DNA of 64,000 nt, from assembly GCA_051546255.1 (NCBI GenBank), contig CP128816.1, forward strand, positions 558,001-622,000, read 5' to 3'. A program made the translations under genes and the position numbers. The number at the start of each line of letters is the position of its first letter. The stretch's first letter is position 1. Under the pieces are notes generated by a model that was given only the letters and a program-made list of their open reading frames with translations, was not told the DNA's origin and ran no database searches. Source of the stretch: Meyerozyma guilliermondii (Eukaryota). Positions 20,560 through 31,771 of the stretch are shown here, in pieces.

Positions 20560-22581
20560 TCACTTACGCTTGAACTGGAGGGTGGGCTGGGACAGGTTCA
20601 ATTTCTCCGACAACTCGAGGGCATAGTGGTAATCGCGGTGCTCTGGTTCGTCGTCGATTTTGCAGTTGCACTGTGTGCAGTACCCGTCTTTGATTGCAAA
20701 AGTCGACTGTTTTGAAGCCTGGCTATTTAGCCTTGCAAATATATCAGGTTTGGGGGAAGATTCTTTCTTTTCGCGTTTTGGAACGTTTTCTGTTTTTCTC
20801 AGCTTGTAATCGCTGAAAAGTTTGGTGATATAATCGTTATCAACTTTCGCAGTTTTGGGCTTTTTGGGCGATGGTGGTTTGGATGCTTGTTCTTCTTTTA
20901 CAGCATCAAACATTCGTTTGATCGTTTCTTCCGTATCTTGGGCTCCGGAATCTCCAACGTAGCGGTCTATAAGGCTGGAATCGGAAGTGACGGTGAAATT
21001 TGAGACGATCAATGCACAGTTTAAAATTGGGTTCACCTTGATTTTTTTAAGTTTTTCATCATCGTTAAAGTCAATCTTCTTGATATCTGTTCCGCCGGAA
21101 TCCTCGATTTTTCCACTCAGCTCAAGCATCTCCTTCATCAATTTTAAGCTGGTAGACTCGACTACTTGGTGCAATTTATCAAGCGAGCGAAACACAGGAA
21201 GGGTAACTTGCTTTGATATTCTTGCACCCGACAAAAACCCAATCTGTAAGCTCATAGTTTTGGGGCGAACAAGCACCCCTTTCTCCTTGTGTGACACCAG
21301 CAGCATCAGAAGGTTCATATTCTCGTCGTCCAAGTCGATAAATCGATTATGAAGGTCACCGGCATACACTTTCAACCAAGAAAAAATATCAAAAAGCGTC
21401 TTTACTGGTCTTTGAGGAATAAAATTTTTTCTTGACATCATGGATTTCACGTCTGTTCGAAGCCTTAGAGGTTGTTTGTCATCGCCTCGAACTATATCGT
21501 AGATTTTCTGGGCAAATTGTGGATCTTGAGGATACTCTTTTTGAATATCTTGTAAAGTGTAATTTTCACGAAGATGAGTAAATGAATTGACACCTGGTGG
21601 GGTATCGAAGCGTGCTAGTACGGTATCGCCTGTTTTCCCTCCCATTCCTGAAACATCGTTAAACTGAAAATTGGTCAAAAAATTAGGAATCAGGGCCAGC
21701 CTGATGATGGTTTGATTGTCTGGTTTATTGAATCCTGCTGCGAGTTTAGCAAGAAATTTGTTTCTGGCAATTCCGCCCGAAGTAGTATATGAGAGCTCGT
21801 CGTAGATGAGTTTCCTGATTTTGTAGAGAACCTGAGCACCGATAAGTACGCAAATATCATCCCAATCAGAAATTGTAGGAGGAGATGCTGGAGGTTTTTG
21901 TGACGAGGAAACGTTTTCTCTCAGTTGTAATTCGGCATCTTCTGCTTCGGTTCTGACTGTTTCTCCCTGCCAATAAAGCGATTCCGGGAGTTGCGGCGGT
22001 ATATCAGGTAATTTCAGCCCCAATTGACGAAGTTGAGGAAATTCCAAAAGTAGTCTCTTGTGAACTTCACGCCCCAAGTCCATGTAACATTCGTCCACAC
22101 TCGCTTTCTCGACCACGTCACAGTGCTGCTTGATGATTTTGATGATTTTCCGGCTTTCTCGCCGATAAGGATCGAGGGAAACCTTGTGCTCTGCTTGGTT
22201 GGGAAGTCCATCAACATAAGACCAATATGGATTTCCCTTTTTGAACACAGCAGCATGAGCAAGAATCACATCGGGACATTTTTCCCGTGCCGATTTAACA
22301 TTATCCATCCGATTTATGCCATATTTTCGAGCGGCGTACGAAACTGCAATGAGGGTCAGCCATTGAACGCAAACCACCGGATCATCAATGGAGAGATTTA
22401 GTCGAGTTTGTTCCACTTGTGCGAAAAACGCGTTCATATCCACTAGTGCAATCACCGCCAACGGCAGTTTGTAGGCAATTGCGGGATTGGAGAGAGATTC
22501 TAGGTCTGCGACGGAAAATTTGGTGGGTTGAGGAACGGTTTTGAAGTCGTTTGTTTTCTGTACATCTTTGAGTATGGACAT
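20560..22581 (-). CDS. RAD30: DNA polymerase eta (Y family)
   Basis: DMNAFFAQVE, IAVSYAARKYG, SLDPYRRES, EKASVDECY, KPDNQT; C-terminal UBZ (CTQC..EHRDYH). Confidence 0.95.
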   Translation of the reverse strand: MSILKDVQKTNDFKTVPQPTKFSVADLESLSNPAIAYKLPLAVIALVDMNAFFAQVEQTRLNLSIDDPVVCVQWLTLIAVSYAARKYGINRMDNVKSAREKCPDVILAHAAVFKKGNPYWSYVDGLPNQAEHKVSLDPYRRESRKIIKIIKQHCDVVEKASVDECYMDLGREVHKRLLLEFPQLRQLGLKLPDIPPQLPESLYWQGETVRTEAEDAELQLRENVSSSQKPPASPPTISDWDDICVLIGAQVLYKIRKLIYDELSYTTSGGIARNKFLAKLAAGFNKPDNQTIIRLALIPNFLTNFQFNDVSGMGGKTGDTVLARFDTPPGVNSFTHLRENYTLQDIQKEYPQDPQFAQKIYDIVRGDDKQPLRLRTDVKSMMSRKNFIPQRPVKTLFDIFSWLKVYAGDLHNRFIDLDDENMNLLMLLVSHKEKGVLVRPKTMSLQIGFLSGARISKQVTLPVFRSLDKLHQVVESTSLKLMKEMLELSGKIEDSGGTDIKKIDFNDDEKLKKIKVNPILNCALIVSNFTVTSDSSLIDRYVGDSGAQDTEETIKRMFDAVKEEQASKPPSPKKPKTAKVDNDYITKLFSDYKLRKTENVPKREKKESSPKPDIFARLNSQASKQSTFAIKDGYCTQCNCKIDDEPEHRDYHYALELSEKLNLSQPTLQFKRK

Positions 22582-23049
22582 CCCAGAATGAAGTTATGAG
22601 GAGGGTGGTTGTGTGGGAGTATTTGGTCCTTTGGTGGTTGTAAATGTTAAATGGAAGGTGAATTAGTGGTAGGTAAAGTGCAAAATTAACGTGAGAATAG
22701 ATTGAAAGTGAGAATTAATTAAAAATGCGAAAAAATAGAATATCGCGAAACTCGAAATTAAAAGATAGTGAACTGGTTACAAGTACTATATGGATCATGT
22801 ATGGTTGGTTAAAATGGTGGGTTACTTGTAGAGAACTAATGGAAATTGACGGAATGAAGGTACTTTGAATGCAACATCTATACAATTTACAAGTTCCTCA
22901 TTTTCCAGAATCTCATAAATGACAAGAAAAGTATGAGTAACTGGCTGGGCTGGTAATGACTAGGCGATACGGTAGGGATAATACTGGTAAATAACTGCCC
23001 TCTCTGTTATTTCTTCTTGTTTTAAGTGCTGTCCATTTTTCCCAAATAT

Positions 23050-23121
23050 GCTCGTGTGGCGCAGTGGTAGCGCAGCAGATTGCAAATCTGTTGGTCCTTA
23101 GTTCGAACCTGAGCGCGAGCT
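23050..23121 (+). tRNA. tRNA-Cys (GCA)
   Basis: GCTCGTGTGGCGCAGTGGTAGCGCAGCAGATTGCAAATCTGTTGGTCCTTAGTTCGAACCTGAGCGCGAGCT; cloverleaf, followed by T7 terminator at 23124-23130. Confidence 0.96.
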
Positions 23122-23212
23122 TCTTTTTTTGCAGCGATCAAACTTTATTGCTTGTATTTTAATCTTAAGTTGCTTTCTATTCATATTCTCTTGCATATAT
23201 AATATATTACCG

Positions 23213-24661
23213 CTACATCTCGTAAATCTCCGTAACCGACTCGATTTTATGGTTACGGCACCAATTTTCACAATCTTTGACAAGACTGCGAGGACCACAA
23301 CTTATTACGCAACTGGAATTTGGAGTCGTTTCTAAGCTCGCACACACGTTGTTTAAGTCTGGTCTACCACGGAGGATCTCTGGCTGTTTTGTAGCCTCGG
23401 AATTTTTGGAACTTTCTTCGAGATTTTCAAGTTCGATGGTTTCGTGCATCAAGCCATGGCCCTCGCTTTCGTCTTCGACACTTAAAGAATCGTTTCCTGT
23501 GATGTAAACTTGGACTTTATCGAGTAGCGAGTAATGGCGGAGCACAAACAAGTCGGCTTTACTTCTGGTGCACCAAATCATGGTGACGTCTAGTTTGGTG
23601 ATAAGATACTTGAAAACTGGAATTGCCAACGAGATACCAGAGCCTCCACAAATTATCACACTCTGGTCGAACCGGGATATCAGATTGTCGTCGAAACTTA
23701 AACTTGTATACGGCGAAGACAAGTTATACTGTGTATCTTTTGCAAAAATGAAGGTACCTTTTTTCACCACCAAATCCAAGGTCTCGCTTGTTCCAGGCAA
23801 GGTAGCAGATGTGAAAGGATGGGAAGCAAAAACCCACGATTTCCACGACCGGTTGGAGTGATTTATTCGCACATGCGAACCAGGCTTGAAAGAAGTTGCA
23901 ATGTGGTCTGGCCAAGGGAAAGAAACCAAAACAAGCGAAGAGTTGGGAACCTCCTTGAGTGATACTGGAGTAGCGGAGTAGGTTTGGAACTTGATAAAAA
24001 ACAAAATTGCCAAAAGTAGACCGCAAATTGCGACGAACAATGTCACTGGTGGACGAGCATGGAACAAAATAAGTACAACAAACATGCCTATTGTGATGTT
24101 ATGGGACACATAGAACAAGCGGTAGCTCTGGCGGCGGAAAAGAGCCACGGAAACCACCAATAAAACCACAGCGGCTGCAAAAACAACCACTCCCAATAAA
24201 TTATCAATTTTGAACAAATGATGGAAAAACGTTCCTTCCACAAACCATTTGACAAAGTATCCAATGCCATGGATCATGGAACACACCACAATGATCCGGG
24301 ACATCCATTTGTGCAAATTAAGGTTTTGCAAGTAGTTTTCCAATGGCCAATACTTGTATGCCAACAAGATATCAAACGGCAATAAACAATAAGCCATCCG
24401 ACCAAACCGCTTAATTGAAACATTATAGTGTTCCAGCCATTCGTGGATATTCCAAACACCAAGAATTGCAAGTAAAATTGCCCAAATAACAATCTGGGGT
24501 AACCATGGAAGGGATCTTCGAGTCGAAGAAGATCCTACTTTTCTTAGTCTAGGCACAGTAGCAACCACTACAATGTGCACAATCGAAAGGAGAAACACCA
24601 CATAACCATACTTGACGTTCACAGTGTGGAGATGGCCCTCATGACGTGGGTGGTTGTGCAT
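23213..24661 (-). CDS. AIM14: Ferric-reductase/NADPH-oxidase-like membrane protein (Aim14/Yno1 type)
   Basis: Multi-TM with heme His residues (LHKW, IHG, SHN, FHARP), FAD motif HPFT, NADPH motif GGSGIS, C-terminal SCGP..LV...E.YEM. Confidence 0.8.
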   Translation of the reverse strand: MHNHPRHEGHLHTVNVKYGYVVFLLSIVHIVVVATVPRLRKVGSSSTRRSLPWLPQIVIWAILLAILGVWNIHEWLEHYNVSIKRFGRMAYCLLPFDILLAYKYWPLENYLQNLNLHKWMSRIIVVCSMIHGIGYFVKWFVEGTFFHHLFKIDNLLGVVVFAAAVVLLVVSVALFRRQSYRLFYVSHNITIGMFVVLILFHARPPVTLFVAICGLLLAILFFIKFQTYSATPVSLKEVPNSSLVLVSFPWPDHIATSFKPGSHVRINHSNRSWKSWVFASHPFTSATLPGTSETLDLVVKKGTFIFAKDTQYNLSSPYTSLSFDDNLISRFDQSVIICGGSGISLAIPVFKYLITKLDVTMIWCTRSKADLFVLRHYSLLDKVQVYITGNDSLSVEDESEGHGLMHETIELENLEESSKNSEATKQPEILRGRPDLNNVCASLETTPNSSCVISCGPRSLVKDCENWCRNHKIESVTEIYEM

Positions 24662-24697
24662 GAGAAAATCGATCGGTATACCCTGTGAAATTTACCC

Positions 24698-24751
24698 TGA
24701 CGTCAAAGTCACGTGCACAATGATGAAAAATATCGTCTCATGACGTCATGA
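24698..24751. promoter_or_regulatory. CRE (TGACGTCA) x2 plus Cbf1-type GTCACGTG
   Basis: TGACGTCA 24698-24705; GTCACGTG 24708-24715; 14-bp palindrome TCATGACGTCATGA 24738-24751. Confidence 0.6.
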
Positions 24752-26184
24752 CAAGATATGGGTAAGTATTGTCGGTAGCAATTGCCTTGGAGTTGTCAAG
24801 ATTCTATCATCAGGAAAGTCCACATGTGTTGTGGTAGAATCACCAATGGCTCTTTGAAGTGTGATGATGAGAAAAAACCGTTTTTAACCGCGTTACATGT
24901 TCCCCTGAATCGTTGCGAGCGCGTGCGCATTGAGGAGACAAAATAATTCAATTTCTTGATGAGGTGATGATATTATTTGGAGGGGAAGGTAAAAAATAAT
25001 ACAAGAAATTGGAAAATATCAGGAAATGAAACGAGAATGGAAACCTAGAGAAGAAGGAGAAGAAGAAGAGAAAAGGCAAAACAAAAGTAAGAGGGCAAAT
25101 TATATATAAATTATCAATTACTTGGGTGAATCATAAGGTTTGTTGACAGCTCTTATCAGCAGAGTCCTGCATATAATCAGATACTTCGCCACACACTCCA
25201 CGCAATGACGTCAGACAAGCTATGTCTCAGCTGCAAATGAAGTGACATATTGAATTTATGCAAGATAAAACACCGCTTACACATCAAATCCACGTTCGAC
25301 GGGGCGGGTATGTGAGTAGCAAAACGGCGTGGGGCTGCTTTAGTGTCCATTGCGTCATGGAACAACTTTGTACGATTTCGATGTTACAATTTCACTGGCC
25401 ATGTGCTTAGGAACAGAATTCCAGTTAGGAGTTCCGAGGTATAGGATACTATCAAAATTCGACCGCGGCTGGTGAAGTATTAGGGGACTGGCCAAACTCG
25501 GAAACACTCCCAATTGGGACATCAAACGGCAAAATTTCGGATGTCCGCTCACGATCGGTTATGGTTTCCGCGCGATAGATGTGCAGAACCTTGCATGGTG
25601 TAATAATAAGACCATTCTTTATTTAACGTGGAATCCCGCGCCCACGTCCCTAGTCATGCACGCCTCACTCTCCACTCGCCCAATTGGGTGTCGCACAATA
25701 TAGTGTATGCACTCCCGGGGGCATGTCTTAGATGGTGGTAACGTCAATTGTGAAAGATTGGTTAGTTTTTCCGAGACATAGTTTACATTGAATATACAAA
25801 ATGGTTCCAACTTGTTGATTGCAAATTTGAGTTTGAATCGCTCAATTAACCATCTGTTAATGATCCGAATTTAATTCCCGAAGGGCCCAGACTTTTCCGC
25901 ACCCACGGAACCCCGAAGCTTACTTACCACCTTTATGTGCATAATGCGTCTGCATATGCATTCCTATGCGTAATGAGCCCAGCGTTCCAGAAACCCTTTC
26001 GTCACTCCGCAGGCCCCATTAACGAATGGAGGGGGGTGTGGAAAATTACAACCGCATATATAAACAGCGTCGCATTCACTTTGATTGATAAAACCCCTTT
26101 TGATTCAAAGTGGCTTTTTCTCATTGATTACTCCCCTACCTAAGGTTATCAAAACCCTATAGTCCATACCCCTGATCTTTGATA

Positions 26185-27600
26185 ATGGTATACTCTTCTG
26201 AAAACGCAAAATGGAAAGCCTACCAATTTGGTGATCCTTTTGCTACGGGAGCATTTTACGTTTGCAATAAGGTTGCCAAGGTTTTTTGTCGGCCAGATTG
26301 TGACGCTCGTCCGGTAACCAATCTTAAACTGGAAATTAAATTTGTTGATACTCCACATGATGCCATTGCTAATGGTTACGTTGCCTGTGCGCACTGTGAA
26401 CCCTTGTCGCATCCGGCTGTTGACATCAAGTTTTTGGTACAATGTGTGGCTTCTATAAACGAACTGATTGGGTTTCTTCCGCCACTCCTTGATGAAAACG
26501 AGGACATGAACGACCAGCTTATCAAAGAGAATATTATGGAAACAAAGAAAAGTAACAAGGAGATTATTATTCAAACGATCAATGCTCGCAGGTCATCTTA
26601 CCCATCTATAAACATCGATAATGGGTCCAAGGAATTTGAAAACTCATCGTTATCCAAAAACGATTCTGACCATTACCGTCTCGTGGACCTCGCATGCCGC
26701 CATTTGGCTCTTGCTGCTGCCATTAACATCTTTGCTCCAGCTCCAAAAAGCCCCAGATCTCCAGAAGACACTAAGGGGAAGCGCAGGAGAAGAGGCGGTG
26801 TGCTCGGATTCAAAGAATTAGCAGCTAAGTCAAAACTTTCCGCATGGCATTTTCACCGGGTTTTCAAGTCGGTTACTGGATTGACCCCAAAGACTTATGG
26901 TGACAAATGCTGGGAATACCTTAAAAACATCAAGGATGAACAGAGCGACATCACCCCACCATCGTCGTTACTGTCGATAAGTGGCATGACTCGTCAGCGT
27001 GACGACTTTGCCTCGTCCAGCACCAGCTCTCCATCCGCTGAACCAAGCCCAAAGAGAGTCAAAATAGAAAGTTCTTCTCCCGCATTTACCAATGCTCCTG
27101 CTCCGTTCAACAATACCCAATTGAACTGGGATATCCCCGAATTGTCTCCAACTTTGGGTAAACAAGACTTTACCATGCCCCAAACCACATTTGATTTCAG
27201 CTTTGACTTGAAAACTGAACAACCGGACTTGAACTTGAGTTTGAAACCCGAACCTTCGCAAATGACTGATTTTGATACCGAAGTTCCAAACTATGTTAAA
27301 TCGGTGTCTGTTCCTGACTTGACCAAGTACAACCCCACACCACCATCGTTATTCTCCCATTCCAAACCACACACCATTTCTCCTTCGTCAGAAAGCCTGC
27401 CCATGACGTTGACTGCACCATCTTCCGATAAATTGACAATGCCTACCATGGACCCAACATACAACATGATGATTCCCGAACTTAATGACAAGAACGACGA
27501 TCCTGTTATTGACGAACTTTACAACTTTCCTCTCAGCTTTGAAATTGAGGGTAATGGGCTTGACATCTTGCCCGAATTCATTTCCACTCCCGCTATATAG
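26185..27600 (+). CDS. Ada-type Zn-binding domain + AraC-like HTH transcription factor
   Basis: FCRPDC...GYVACAHCEP (four Cys of the Ada metal site); ELAAKSKLSAWHFHRVFKSVTGLTPKTY (AraC HTH); S/P/D-rich tail; first ATG 26185; TATA near 26057. Confidence 0.85.
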   Translation: MVYSSENAKWKAYQFGDPFATGAFYVCNKVAKVFCRPDCDARPVTNLKLEIKFVDTPHDAIANGYVACAHCEPLSHPAVDIKFLVQCVASINELIGFLPPLLDENEDMNDQLIKENIMETKKSNKEIIIQTINARRSSYPSINIDNGSKEFENSSLSKNDSDHYRLVDLACRHLALAAAINIFAPAPKSPRSPEDTKGKRRRRGGVLGFKELAAKSKLSAWHFHRVFKSVTGLTPKTYGDKCWEYLKNIKDEQSDITPPSSLLSISGMTRQRDDFASSSTSSPSAEPSPKRVKIESSSPAFTNAPAPFNNTQLNWDIPELSPTLGKQDFTMPQTTFDFSFDLKTEQPDLNLSLKPEPSQMTDFDTEVPNYVKSVSVPDLTKYNPTPPSLFSHSKPHTISPSSESLPMTLTAPSSDKLTMPTMDPTYNMMIPELNDKNDDPVIDELYNFPLSFEIEGNGLDILPEFISTPAI

Positions 27601-28727
27601 AATTGGAAACACCTTCCTTACGATCAGTGTTGTTACGCATGCTACGATAATGTACAATTACTTAATACCACCAACAGTAGGAGTAAAACGAAGGAGCATA
27701 TTCCATCTTGGCTATTTTCTCGTTTCACATTCATTTCCATTTCGATTATTTCGTAATTCTTCTCGCATTCAATTATTTTCCAGTTCTACATTCACATCAT
27801 TCATTTCACTCTTTATTCTTGGCTATGCACCTTCGATTCATCTATGCGTCAACTTTTTCCAGAATTTATATTATTTTTGGAGATTCATTTTTTCGTTAAT
27901 TCATTTTTCGCCAAATCTTTCCGCATTTGTCGGACTTTTCGCTTCTTAGTCTCGCATTTCACTTCAAGTCTCACGTAAATCGTATCTTTCCGTTTCATCC
28001 GACATGTATTATGTGAACATGGCCAAGACTACAACAAATAATTTGTTCATCAAAATATCCTTTTATCGAATCGGTGCTGCATTCCCCTACCCAAACACGC
28101 GGTTCCGAACTGAAATTTCGCACCCAAAAAATAACGACCTGTCGATAAATCACCAGGCTTAGCTATGCAAATAATATTACCCAACCAGAAAAGCGATATG
28201 TACTCTCGCTGATTCACCTGGCGCTTACATTAGCCACATTGATTTTGAAAAGGAAGGTTGTGGATACAGATAGAACATAAAAAATAATGGCTGCAAGGGC
28301 AATGACGCAAGTAGTAGACGGCAGAACCCAAAATATTGACAAAGGAACTCCATGGTTTTACCGTCAAAAAATAGTCGTTTTCTATTGTGAATCTTGCATC
28401 AATTTCACAAACGCCTTATCATTCAATCGCTGACACCTATTCAGTACCTCTGCAGTAATTTCCCAAACTGTCCAACTTGGGTGCATCAGTCAAGTATTAC
28501 CGACATTGGCATGCATGAATGAATGTGCCCAATTTTTGCATGTGCAGAAGTGCGCGAATAACGACATTAATCTACCTTCGCATGCAAGCGGGCCACTGCA
28601 CTTGTGCGCCCGCGAAAGCTTAATTATAGGGCAGGTGATTACGCCAGGCCCGTAGTTTGGGTTGATCCCCCACCTTTGGTGGCGGGGAGTTAAAGGGTAA
28701 ACCGTTTTGAAAGATGCACGGCACAGC

Positions 28728-28950
28728 GTCACATGATCATTACTAATCTAAAACCCGTACTGCATGGCATTCTGACTAAATGAATTGATACGCGCACGCA
28801 AATTGTGGCATCATCGTCTTCCCCCTCCTTCTGTTGTCAGCATCCAAGTATGCTTACACTAGCAGCTCTTACTAAAATTTGATTTTCGCAGCCACAACTG
28901 AACCCTTGATTACATACCAATGAACATATAAATAACCAGCTGCCACAACT
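28728..28950 (+). promoter_or_regulatory. Yap1/Cap1 response elements and TATA upstream of the CIP1-like gene
   Basis: TTACTAA 28740-28746 and 28869-28875; TGACTAA 28773-28779; GTCACATG 28728-28735; TATAAA 28927-28932. Confidence 0.55.
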
Positions 28951-28983
28951 GATTTTCATCATTAACAAGAATATTACAAAACT

Positions 28984-29865
28984 ATGTCGTCCGTTGCAAT
29001 CGTTGGAATCAACAGTGTTATCGCACCAAAATTAATTGAAGCTTTGGAAGGAAGTGTTTTTGCAGGTAAATTTCAATTTCCCATCAAAGCAATTACAAGG
29101 TCCACCGAAGGTAAATCCAGTACTGACAAGCTCAAGTATGTCGCCGTCAACTATGACGATCCTGCGCTGGTCGTGAAGGAACTTCAAGGCACAGACGTGA
29201 TCATTTCGTTGCTTACCGTCAACCCTGATGTTCTCAAGACTTTGGAATCGATTGTCAAAGAAGTCAAACCCAAGCTTTATATCCCATCGCAATTCGGTGT
29301 TGATGTGAAATACGTCTCTTCTTACATTCCTGGGCTTTTGAACGTCAAGGATGACCATTCCGAAAATGTTAGAGCTGCCGGAATTAAAGTGGTGGACATC
29401 TACAATGGATTTTTTGCTTCTCCAAAGTCTTGGTTGTACGAGATTGTTCCCCACCTTGGAATTGATGTCGAGAAGAAGGAGTATGTTGCTCGTGGTGACT
29501 TGAACACCCAAATCTCGTACACAAATTTGACCGATTTGGGACTTGCAATTGCTTCAATTGCTTCGAATCCATCTGGAAACTGGCCCCAACAGGTTAAAAT
29601 CCAGTCTGGAAAGGTCACCGTCAAGGATGTTATTGAGAGATACGAGAAAGACCACGGCGTCAAATTGACTCAAAAAGAAGCCGTTTCTAAGGAAGATACC
29701 TTGAAACAAGTTTATGAGAAACTCAAGAACTTCAATCCTGCTGATTATGTGTTTTATTTGCACGCCATTGCTGCTCAAGGTGAAGGTAAGGGAGCCAACT
29801 TTACTGAGAATGACGACGAGTTGGTCAACCCAGGTGAAAAGTTGTGGAAGTGGAGCAAATACTAG
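28984..29865 (+). CDS. CIP1: NmrA/isoflavone-reductase-like oxidoreductase (Candida Cip1-like)
   Basis: Rossmann start VAIVG, KLYIPSQFG, C-terminal NDDELVNPGEKLWKWSKY. Confidence 0.7.
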   Translation: MSSVAIVGINSVIAPKLIEALEGSVFAGKFQFPIKAITRSTEGKSSTDKLKYVAVNYDDPALVVKELQGTDVIISLLTVNPDVLKTLESIVKEVKPKLYIPSQFGVDVKYVSSYIPGLLNVKDDHSENVRAAGIKVVDIYNGFFASPKSWLYEIVPHLGIDVEKKEYVARGDLNTQISYTNLTDLGLAIASIASNPSGNWPQQVKIQSGKVTVKDVIERYEKDHGVKLTQKEAVSKEDTLKQVYEKLKNFNPADYVFYLHAIAAQGEGKGANFTENDDELVNPGEKLWKWSKY

Positions 29866-29917
29866 GAGTTTCAATTGTCTGAGTGTAACTATATAATAAG
29901 ATAATCTTCTCAAACAT

Positions 29918-31201
29918 CTACTCCTCCTTGAAACTCGTAACTCTGTCCTTGTTCTGCTTGGCAGCATGAACCAATTGCACGAATGCATCGCTGGTCAATG
30001 ATGACTTTTCCTTCTTAGGTTTCGCCAATGAGGATTTGGACCCGTCTGGGTGTTCCAGTTCCAACGCTTGAGAGAACTTTTTCCAGTCGAATAAGGCATT
30101 AGGTTTAGAGTCTTTAGTGTCGAATTCATCTTCAGATATTATCGAGCCTTCGGAGCCAAACAAGTTAATCTCATTAGGATCGTCGTCGTCGTCGGTCTGT
30201 AACTCCTTCAATTTCTGGATCTTGTTGTTCAATTTGACCATTTCGATCGCCAGCTTGAACTTGGATTTGGCATTGAATTGCTGTTTAATATTAGGAAGCA
30301 AATCGTTATCCTTGTGGTCAGCAGCTACCGATACGAGCCAAGGATCCTTCAACAATTCATCTGCCGTGGGTCGTTTTTCCGGGTCGAATTGAAGTGCCTT
30401 GATGATAAATCGACGAGCATCCTTGGATACATCTTTCCAGTAATCAGCATGGAAAATTACGGCATTATTATTGCGGACCTCGGCGATGAAATCCTGAACA
30501 TTTTCCGACCGAAATGGCGAATAGCCGCAGAGAACAGTGTATGTGATCACCCCCAAAGACCAGATATCACACGGCTTCCCGTGTCCCGAGCCGATGATTA
30601 CTTCTGGAGCTGCATACCCGAACGAACCGGCCGACGACGTCAATTTTTCACTGGGTGACTGGAGTTTTTTGGCAATACCAAAGTCCGCCAACACCACATT
30701 GGAGTTGGTAGCGGGTGTGAGGTACAAGATGTTTTCTGGCTTCAAATCTCGGTGGACAATGTCGATGCTATGAAGGTATTGGATCGCCTCGAGCATCTGG
30801 ACCACCACCAACGATGCGTCGTGCTCACTAAAACGGCCCTGGTTGACGATTCGGTCGAAAAGTTCGCCACCCGTGGCCAATTGAGTCACAATATAGAATT
30901 TATCCTTCAGTTCGAACCAATCTACAAAACTGACAATGTGAGGATGGTGGAGTTGTTGGAGCAATTTGAGCTCGTCCAACACAACATCTTCATGACCTTT
31001 GAGTGCTTTTTTCAAAATGATCTTGATCGCCACCTCTTCTCCCGTCGTATTATCCCTAGCATGTCGAACTATACCGAAAGAACCGGCTCCAAGCGTTCTT
31101 CCAAAGGTGAAATTGGCTTTACGAGAATAGGAATTTGGTTGTCCACTGAGACGATTTATGATTTTCTTGAGCTGGTTGCCATCGCGCTGGACTTCTGTCA
31201 T
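29918..31201 (-). CDS. Ca2+/calmodulin-dependent protein kinase (CMK1/CMK2 type)
   Basis: GRTLGAGSFG, ATGGELFDRI, HRDLKPEN, DFG, AGSFGYAAPE; likely start MTEVQ at 31201. Confidence 0.9.
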   Translation of the reverse strand: MTEVQRDGNQLKKIINRLSGQPNSYSRKANFTFGRTLGAGSFGIVRHARDNTTGEEVAIKIILKKALKGHEDVVLDELKLLQQLHHPHIVSFVDWFELKDKFYIVTQLATGGELFDRIVNQGRFSEHDASLVVVQMLEAIQYLHSIDIVHRDLKPENILYLTPATNSNVVLADFGIAKKLQSPSEKLTSSAGSFGYAAPEVIIGSGHGKPCDIWSLGVITYTVLCGYSPFRSENVQDFIAEVRNNNAVIFHADYWKDVSKDARRFIIKALQFDPEKRPTADELLKDPWLVSVAADHKDNDLLPNIKQQFNAKSKFKLAIEMVKLNNKIQKLKELQTDDDDDPNEINLFGSEGSIISEDEFDTKDSKPNALFDWKKFSQALELEHPDGSKSSLAKPKKEKSSLTSDAFVQLVHAAKQNKDRVTSFKEE

Positions 31202-31771
31202 GGCAAATGTGAAAATTGGGAAAAAAAAGCTTAGAAACTTGAAAGAATAACACCAAAGAATCAGTGACCAATTCTCAATAAATCCGCAGCAGGCTTGGCT
31301 GGGGGTTGATGCAGGACAATGGGATGCATGCAGGAACATAGTGATTCGGATTATTTTTAGAACTCAGTAAAACTTGTAGAATTGTAGAGTTTTAAAATTG
31401 CCCGAAAATTTAGTGTTAGGAAGTGAATTGAAATTGAAATTCGTCAAACTTGATCACTTGACCATTTGATCAATCGCTTATCTATGGGTGCGAATTGCCT
31501 ATTTGGGAACAAGCGCGCAACAGCGATTAACTGACATCAGCTAAACAATCAATATTGACTCTAAACTCACGAAACTCAGCCACAGTAACTACAGACACAC
31601 ACACAAACCCCACGTACCATTTTATCCCGAATGAATTTCCATTAACTTCCATTTTTATGAACTCTTCAAATTTACCCACCTGCATACAAGTTCCTGCACA
31701 CATCCTCGGGATCCCATCCCCATCCATCTCCATAATATATAAAGTCCCCAACCCCAAGCAAGTTCATCCAA

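Noticed and set aside
24861..24908. Possible box C/D snoRNA (GTGATGA...CTGA)
   Set aside because: Only about 48 nt, with no terminal stem or recognisable rRNA guide.
27485..27949. 154-aa F/S/I-rich ORF after the Ada-like gene
   Set aside because: Out-of-frame overlap plus T-rich 3' UTR composition.
31202..31339. Upstream extension of the CMK ORF (likewise 48213-48308 for GPX and 4569-4616 for ATG27)
   Set aside because: Not protein-like and not homologous; downstream ATGs match family N-termini.
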